A stretch of DNA of 63,251 nucleotides, the filler included, from Licmophora abbreviata (lineage: Eukaryota): assembly GCA_900291995.1 (NCBI GenBank). It is 10 parts of 10 records of this genome, joined end to end, with 100 filler letters (N's around TTAATTAATTAA, not from the genome) between each part and the next. Parts side by side here need not be neighbours in the genome. Positions count along the whole stretch, not along the records: positions 51,503 to 59,766 come from OLMU01001414.1; positions 59,867 to 63,251 come from OLMU01001415.1; 8 more parts are not named here. One strand, written 5' to 3'. Below, in pieces: positions 56,996-63,251 of the stretch. Within the stretch, counting starts at the first letter, position 1, and each line of letters begins with the position of its first letter. Below the pieces are notes generated by a model, which saw only the letters and a list, made by a program, of their open reading frames with translations, searched no databases and had not been told where the DNA came from. Made by a program: the position numbers and the translations under genes.

Positions 56996-57643
56996 CTATC
57001 GTCGAAACGGGTTGAGACGACCCACCAGGCCGCCCTTTTTCTTCTTCTCCTTAAGTTTTCGCTTTGAATCCGCCATTCGCTTCTTCAGATCTGACTCCGG
57101 CTCATGAGCACTATTTTTTCGCGAGTTACGAATTTCGGCAGCTTCTTTGACGACGGCCTGAACTTCTTCGCAAGAAACTCCCTGCTCGCGTAGCTTGCGC
57201 TCACGCTCTGCCGTGGACATTTTCAGAAACCTACGATGTTGCTTGTGTTCATTGGCAGCTTGATGCTGATCTACACTCTCGATTGAGTGGCCGACTTCGT
57301 CCATCGATAGGGCCACCGGTGGACCGCTCGTTGGGATCACGTCCATGCCAACAGTTTCAGGAAATTCGAGCACGTCCACCTTATCAAACGCTACTCGAGA
57401 ATTCATGGACGAGCCATGTTCAGACGCAGAATGAACGGATGAGCCGTGTTCAGACTCTTTTAGCGAACTTTCTGTCCGGTACTCTTGCCTCAACGACTGC
57501 GACTGCCTCCGAACCTTCAAGGAGCCCTTCTTTGGCTTCTCCCCGTGCTGCGACGGTTCGTGGTGAATTACCGAAGCTCTTCTGATTGGCCCCGCGCCTT
57601 CGCTGTCCGATTTACTCTTCTGGCTACTACTGACGTCCATCAT
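56996..57643 (-). CDS. CSRNP-N-like / RVxF-motif protein, paralog 1
   Basis: SLKVRR...RVAFDKVDVLEFP...PTSGPPVALS; paralogous to 58786-59394 and 59895-60545. Confidence 0.75.
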   Translation of the reverse strand: MMDVSSSQKSKSDSEGAGPIRRASVIHHEPSQHGEKPKKGSLKVRRQSQSLRQEYRTESSLKESEHGSSVHSASEHGSSMNSRVAFDKVDVLEFPETVGMDVIPTSGPPVALSMDEVGHSIESVDQHQAANEHKQHRRFLKMSTAERERKLREQGVSCEEVQAVVKEAAEIRNSRKNSAHEPESDLKKRMADSKRKLKEKKKKGGLVGRLNPFRR

Positions 57644-58044
57644 AGACTGTTTTGGGACGGTGGGAACGGGAGGCTCAAATGTATACCGGCACAAATGCCG
57701 CTGTCAACGAACTGCAACGACGACGAGACTTATTCTGAGATCGCCGACGCCGTCGCGCTCTTGCATCATCTTCAACTTAGCTTTTGCAGGCTTCGCGACC
57801 TCGAGCTTTTGCGAGCCGGGCGGCGACACTGTTGAAGCCATGGAACACCCATGGAACCTGCGACATCACAAATGCCGGAGGTTCATCCATTGCTGTCGAT
57901 TGTTTCAGGGGAGCCGCCTCGTCTCTCCGTATTCCACAACGTATCTGTGATCTCTCACCACCGAACTCTTGCTATAGGTTGATTGACTGCGCCGACATCT
58001 TTCTTTTAGAAGTTAGCTTCTTTCACGTCATCACATTGCCCATC

Positions 58045-58440
58045 ATGAATTACAAGCAAGCAACAATCATACTCATGCTTGGCGCTATCGGCGCTGCTGG
58101 AGCCTTTTGTCCTGTTCACAGTAGCGGCACAAATCGTGCCTTGTCGAGCATCATTTGCAACGAGCAAAAACATGTCTTTAATGACATAGAGGAAATGTGC
58201 TTGGAAAACGTCGCTCGTTTCTGCTTGGAAGAAGAATGCCCAGTGGGCGAAACGGATGCTCTGATTGCCACCTTCCAAGAGCAGAGGGAAATGCTCATGG
58301 CGAGGGTCTCCGATTTGGACGACCTTGTAATGAAACTGAAAAACTCGGATGCCACTGAAATCAAGGACCTGGACGAGACTCAACAGCGACAAGTGCGATC
58401 CTGGTTCGGTGCCGTCGTGACCAAGGCGGCGGCGCTTTAG
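58045..58440 (+). CDS. Small plastid-targeted hypothetical protein with Cys motif and coiled coil
   Basis: Signal with AGA-F; EEMCLENVARFCLEEECPVGETDALI. Confidence 0.7.
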   Translation: MNYKQATIILMLGAIGAAGAFCPVHSSGTNRALSSIICNEQKHVFNDIEEMCLENVARFCLEEECPVGETDALIATFQEQREMLMARVSDLDDLVMKLKNSDATEIKDLDETQQRQVRSWFGAVVTKAAAL

Positions 58441-58785
58441 AAAGAATTGAGGTGAATTACATCCCACACAATCAGTTGAATGGCGGTAATTTTGCGAATC
58501 CTTCCAGCAGCAAGTCGAACTACTCAGTTGGTAAGGTTCTTTAAGACAACGCGTCGTCGCTTAAAAGTGTATTGTGGTCCTGTCGTTCGACGTTTCCCCC
58601 TTAGAGATATTGGCGCTGCGCCATGGCGCTACCATTGATCCGTGCCTGTTCCCGCGTATCGTGAAGAGAAACTAAACTGCAACAATTGTACGTTAGCCAT
58701 TAGCGCCTCTTCAGAGGATTGCTACAGATGATAAAGTCTTCTGATAGACCGTCGACGCTCGGGACGCTATCAGCTTCGATGTGAC

Positions 58786-59394
58786 TTAGCGTCGAAACGG
58801 ATTGAGACGAGAGAGCTTTCCTTTCTTCTTCTTTCTCGATATCAACCTATCCTTGGCATTCAATATTTGGAAGTCCAAACCTGATTGGGGGTCATGTGAA
58901 CTAAGTTTCCGTGCTTCGCGAACCTCGGCCGCAGCGTGTTCTACCTCCCGGAATTCCTCCGACTTGATCCCCTCTTCTCGAAGCTTGCGTTCGCGTTCCG
59001 CTTTGGACATTTTCAGAATCATGCGATGCTGTCTTTGGGCTTGCACTGCTTCAAACTCATCCACAGTCGCAACTGCATGACCGACTTCGTCCATCGAAAG
59101 AGCCACGGGCGGACCACTCGTCGGAACAACGTCGAGTCCAACAGTCTCGGGAAACTCGAGCACGTCTACCTTGTCAAACACGACATGAGCATGTTCCGAT
59201 TCAGGGCTCATTAGCGATGCACCTGGTCGATAGTCCTCTCGCAGCGACTGTGAATGCCGTCGAATCTTCAGAGCGCTGTGGTCAGGCTTCGCGTCGTGTT
59301 CTTCTGGGGGCTCATGATGCACCACCGAGGCTCGTCTTATTGGCCCATGATCCTCCGAGAGGGCCCCTTCTTCATGATCTGTTCCAGCATTCAT
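58786..59394 (-). CDS. CSRNP-N-like / RVxF-motif protein, paralog 2
   Basis: ALKIRR...HVVFDKVDVLEFPETVG...PTSGPPVALSMDEVGH; ends RLNPFRR like paralog 1. Confidence 0.75.
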   Translation of the reverse strand: MNAGTDHEEGALSEDHGPIRRASVVHHEPPEEHDAKPDHSALKIRRHSQSLREDYRPGASLMSPESEHAHVVFDKVDVLEFPETVGLDVVPTSGPPVALSMDEVGHAVATVDEFEAVQAQRQHRMILKMSKAERERKLREEGIKSEEFREVEHAAAEVREARKLSSHDPQSGLDFQILNAKDRLISRKKKKGKLSRLNPFRR

Positions 59395-59766
59395 TGAGAA
59401 AGCATCAAGTTCACAGGGTGCTCAAGACTGATGTAGCGAAGCTTATGACACCAGCCATCAGCGGCCATCGCCACGAACCATCTTGATCGCCCGCGAGAGG
59501 TGTCTAGAAGTGTCATCACTTTTTTGACGGCATCTCGTTCAGAAAGCGTTCCGTTTCAAATTCCAAATCTACGCAGTTTCTACGTTTGGCTTGTACTGCT
59601 GACTAAAGATACGAACGTGATATTGGAAAGGATTCCACACCGGTGCAACCTGGGGTAGAGCACGTCATGAACGTCTCCAAGTAGACTACGTGACGCTCGG
59701 TTTGACTGTATAATACGATAGCCATACACTTTGATACTACAGTATATTGATAAGCTAACCAGGGCG

Positions 59767-59866
59767 NNNNNNNNNNNNNNNNNNNNNNNNNNNNNNNNNN
59801 NNNNNNNNNNTTAATTAATTAANNNNNNNNNNNNNNNNNNNNNNNNNNNNNNNNNNNNNNNNNNNN
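59767..59866. other. Assembly gap spacer
   Basis: N44-TTAATTAATTAA-N44. Confidence 0.99.
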
Positions 59867-59894
59867 TAAGGCGAAGATTGCGCCTCATCACTCA

Positions 59895-60545
59895 TCAGAC
59901 ACTCACAGTGCCCGCCGCTCTTTTTAGCGACAGTAGTTTCTTCCAACCCTTCTTCTTGTGACTCTTCAGTTTCCTTTTGGACTCAGCCATTATCAGCTGC
60001 AAGTCCGATCTTGGTTCGATGGCATTGTCCTTTCGAGACTGGCGTATGCGCTCGGCTTCTGCAGCCGCGTTCTCAAACTCGTTGGACCCGATCCCTTCTT
60101 GACGTAGCATTTCCTCTCGTTCGGACTTGGGGATCTTGAGAATCATCCTACTACGGCGGGGCTTTCGTGTTTCTTCGTATTCATCGATGGAACAGAGATC
60201 TCGAGCTGATTCTTCGCGAGACAGTGCCAAAGGAGCACCTCCGATCGTTGGGACGACGTGCTCGCCGAGCATGACGGGAAATTCGACAACTTCGAGCTGG
60301 TCAAAGCCAACACGAACGTTCTTGGAAGCGACCTGATGAGAATGAAACTTACTGCGAAGTGACTGAGAATGACGTCGAATCTTCAGTGACGACTTTGTAG
60401 TCTCGATTGTATCGCTCTGCAGTGCTTGTTGGTGTTCTAAAACGGCAGCCAACGAGTTGAGCGAGGATGTGGTGGTCGACGCAGTGGATGCGGTCGAGGT
60501 GCTCTCCACCAGCTGCTCTCTTTTGACGTTGGTAGACTGTGCCAT
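59895..60545 (-). CDS. CSRNP-N-like / RVxF-motif protein, paralog 3
   Basis: SLKIRRHSQSLR...RVGFDQLEVVEFP...VPTIGGAPLALS. Confidence 0.75.
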   Translation of the reverse strand: MAQSTNVKREQLVESTSTASTASTTTSSLNSLAAVLEHQQALQSDTIETTKSSLKIRRHSQSLRSKFHSHQVASKNVRVGFDQLEVVEFPVMLGEHVVPTIGGAPLALSREESARDLCSIDEYEETRKPRRSRMILKIPKSEREEMLRQEGIGSNEFENAAAEAERIRQSRKDNAIEPRSDLQLIMAESKRKLKSHKKKGWKKLLSLKRAAGTVSV

Positions 60546-60880
60546 GATTCAGGGTCTATTTAGTAGGCTCACGTTCATGAACGGGTTTGTGCGGTGTAAC
60601 AATGTGTAAACTGGAGGGGAGTTTCTCATCCGGAATTCAAAATGCGACGGATCCTCAATTCCAAGTTGTTCTTTTTGAAGGGTGGGTTTGTCCTTGTAGA
60701 ATCCTACGCAACTTCTCAGTACAAAAACGTTATCTGTCCAATCCCGCATAGAGCAGTTGTCGCGCGTGGAAGTGGGATTCGAATCATCGAATTGAGATGC
60801 TTCATCGAACAGTTTCGAAGCCATGGCGATCGCACGCGGAGCGGCACACATACAAACGCATCAACCAGCTAATATGCCTC

Positions 60881-61810
60881 ATGGACTTAAGCACAATCAC
60901 AATGAATAATTCTGTTTTTAAATGCAGTCTTTCCTCCAGACGCACTTCCGTGTCCTCGTTCACTAGCATCGAGGACGACAGTGACCGCTATGCGGAAGGC
61001 ATGCCCCATTCCTTTCAATCTTCGAGGGGAAACGACTTTTCTCATTACACCTTCAACACTCCTCAAGTGACAGAAAACCCACATCCAGTTCTCTATTTCC
61101 ATGGTTTCTTGGGTGACGGCCTCGAGGGAGGCTTGGTCGCTCAAGCTGTAGCAGACTCTGGCGGGGAGATCTTTGCCCCTGATCGACCAGGATTCGGTCG
61201 TGCCAATCCCAATGTCGAAACTGTTCAAACCGCAGATGAGCGTGTGGAAGGCCACATCGATGACATTTGGGAATTCGTTGCAGCGAAGAAGTGGGATTCT
61301 TTCTCTATCATTGCGGTATCAGGTGGTGGCCTATTTGCATTGGCATTTCTCGAATCATATCTACAGAAGCGAGCGGACGGACTGGCAACAATACCGGAAC
61401 TTTCAACTTTGGCGATCGTCTCGACACTGATAGATACGAGTCAGGATCCTGACCGTAAAGCCCAGAAGTCAGATAGAATGACTCGACTTAGCAAACATCT
61501 ACTGTGCAAGGTGCCTCGTCTCAACAAGAGCAAGAAGGATGATTCCAGAAGGCAGCTCCCATCGATGAAAAACGACAAGTCGTGCGAAATGATTGGTATC
61601 GCAAGGGGAGCCTTACGGCACGGTCTCGGAGAGTCGCTCGATCGGTATACAGGGAGACAAGTGCCGCGGATCTTAATCTACCCGGATGGCCTCGACGTCA
61701 ACCCATCGGCATTTATTCAGAATGAGTTTCTGGGCCATCGATCACTGTATGACGAGCACGAGCATGCTACATTCGCAATTAGCGCTACGACTCCGGTTGA
61801 AATCTATTAG
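60881..61810 (+). CDS. Alpha/beta hydrolase fold protein (divergent C-terminal half)
   Basis: LYFHGFLG, APDRPGFG, nucleophile elbow AVSGGG. Confidence 0.7.
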   Translation: MDLSTITMNNSVFKCSLSSRRTSVSSFTSIEDDSDRYAEGMPHSFQSSRGNDFSHYTFNTPQVTENPHPVLYFHGFLGDGLEGGLVAQAVADSGGEIFAPDRPGFGRANPNVETVQTADERVEGHIDDIWEFVAAKKWDSFSIIAVSGGGLFALAFLESYLQKRADGLATIPELSTLAIVSTLIDTSQDPDRKAQKSDRMTRLSKHLLCKVPRLNKSKKDDSRRQLPSMKNDKSCEMIGIARGALRHGLGESLDRYTGRQVPRILIYPDGLDVNPSAFIQNEFLGHRSLYDEHEHATFAISATTPVEIY

Positions 61811-62308
61811 AACTTGAACGTTCACTTTGGACGCTTTTCGCTAGCCTGAGACGAGTGAGTGAGGTCCCCATCCTTTGACAGTATCGTATTTAAGACTAGT
61901 TTAGCCATCCATCCAAGAGCGACGACGGCAGGACTGAAGACGATCGCGAGGTCTTCGCAATGTTCAATGTTGGAAAGAATACCTCGTGGCTTGTGGAACA
62001 GATCGAGAGTCAGTCAGTCTTCCGCGCCGGGGTCTCTGATGATGATGCCGTCGTCTTTTGAGAGCACCCTTGGCGATCATCGACGCGTCTCAAATGTCGA
62101 TGGATCTATATGAAAGAGGTGATGGTAATACTGGTAACAAATTGGAGTTCAATCTTGGATCAACTGGAAAGTCACCCATGACTTCTTGCTTGACATGACG
62201 AAATTTGACCGTCAAATTTGTTGTTTTCGTATCGAACCAATTTTATGCCTGTAGGCGCTACAAAAGTCAACCTAATTTTTCCAGACCCCGAAATTGTGTA
62301 GCTACATT

Positions 62309-63251
62309 ATGGACGAGCTTTGCTACCATCGTGCTGAGGCAGCGGTAGTTTCTGTTCCCCAAGTACTCGATTACCTGAAACATAGTCCCGAGGCATCCTC
62401 TCTATGCAGTGTGACGTTCGAAGAGACTGCCGACGATGACTTGGTCGAGAAGATCTGTCGCATCCTCCTCGAACGCCCCGCCGACCTCAACGTAAGATCA
62501 CTGTACCTCCGTCGCAATCATCTCGAGCAGACCGACGCCTTATCGTCCCTCCTGGAGTCCAATGAAACTATAACGTCACTTGATTTATCCCACAACAATC
62601 TACGCGAATCCGGAATCAACAGACTGCTCACTCCGCTTCACTATAACAACACGACATTGACGACGCTGCGTCTCTCTCACAACAACTGTCAGACTGCCGA
62701 TGATGTTAGGATACTATTGCAGCGTTCTAGAACGCTGAAGCATTTGTATATGGATAACAATCCGTTGGGGCCCAAAGGAATCAAGTTGCTGGCGCAAGAA
62801 GGCTTTTCTTCCGACAATCCTTCACAATTGCAAACGCTGGTCCTGTCCCACACACAATTGGGGAACAGAGGTGTTCGGCTTTTAACTGAAGGACTCTTGC
62901 ACAAATCTCACAACCTTACCATGCTAGATGTCAGTGGCAATTCGATTGACAACAAGGGCGCGCAAAAGTTGTCATCGTTATTAATGTTTGATAATCGAAT
63001 CGAGCGACTTGATGTCTCAAGCAACGACTTTGGGCCTTTCGGCGCGAGTATGTTCTCATCTTGTTTTGGCTTCAACACAAGATTACGAGAGTTGATGCTA
63101 TGTGGAAATCTCTTGGGGCCAAAGGGAGCCGGGGCTATTGCGAAATCGTTGCGGGAGAATACGTCTTTGCCGCTCGTCAAGCTTGATCTCAGCTGGAATC
63201 AAATTCACAATGAAGGTGCGGTCGATTTGGCACAAGTGGTGTGTTCACACC
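62309..63251 (+). CDS. Ribonuclease-inhibitor-type leucine-rich repeat protein; 3' partial (runs off the window)
   Basis: Open frame from ATG 62309 with ~28-aa repeats (SLDLSHNNL, HLYMDNNPLG, MLDVSGNSID, KLDLSWNQI). Not in the ORF track because the stop lies outside the window. Confidence 0.88.
   Translation, partial: MDELCYHRAEAAVVSVPQVLDYLKHSPEASSLCSVTFEETADDDLVEKICRILLERPADLNVRSLYLRRNHLEQTDALSSLLESNETITSLDLSHNNLRESGINRLLTPLHYNNTTLTTLRLSHNNCQTADDVRILLQRSRTLKHLYMDNNPLGPKGIKLLAQEGFSSDNPSQLQTLVLSHTQLGNRGVRLLTEGLLHKSHNLTMLDVSGNSIDNKGAQKLSSLLMFDNRIERLDVSSNDFGPFGASMFSSCFGFNTRLRELMLCGNLLGPKGAGAIAKSLRENTSLPLVKLDLSWNQIHNEGAVDLAQVVCSH

Noticed and set aside
5190..59866. Recurrent TTAATTAATTAA flanked by Ns as a possible repeat array or CRISPR
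   Set aside because: An identical artificial 100-bp gap linker (stops in all six frames); one falls inside secA.

Overview
Eukaryotic nuclear DNA, most likely from a diatom. Evidence: compact genes, short (~75-190 bp) GT-AG introns, and many bipartite signal + 'ASAFAP-like' plastid presequences. The window is a draft scaffold broken by nine artificial 100-bp spacers (N44-TTAATTAATTAA-N44), so the prokaryote-style ORF track splits or mis-joins many genes; I rebuilt exon structures by hand. Recognisable genes are HEATR5/Laa1, a Rab32/38-like GTPase, p23, plastid ferredoxin-sulfite reductase, plastid FtsH, a double-domain phosphoglycerate mutase, BCDIN3D-like methyltransferase, DGAT2, SWEET, a C2-domain membrane protein, NRT2, a TLDc protein, NDUFS6, a nucleus-encoded plastid SecA, MsrB-like, RPS13, arylsulfatase, a CPSF1-like fragment, KNTC1/ROD, an alpha/beta hydrolase and an LRR protein. 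The most notable observations are: a box C/D snoRNA in the sulfite reductase intron (guide matches the LSU rRNA site of yeast G2395); a plastid-targeted ChuX/HutX-like heme protein; a plastid protein made of paired repeat modules; a cell-surface protein with two NTF2/SnoaL-like domains; a DENN-ENTH fusion; a tandem PGAM with reciprocal loss of catalytic histidines; and two local paralog families of unknown function. No CRISPR, rRNA, tRNA or clear mobile element was seen. All family assignments come from motif recognition by eye, not from database searches.
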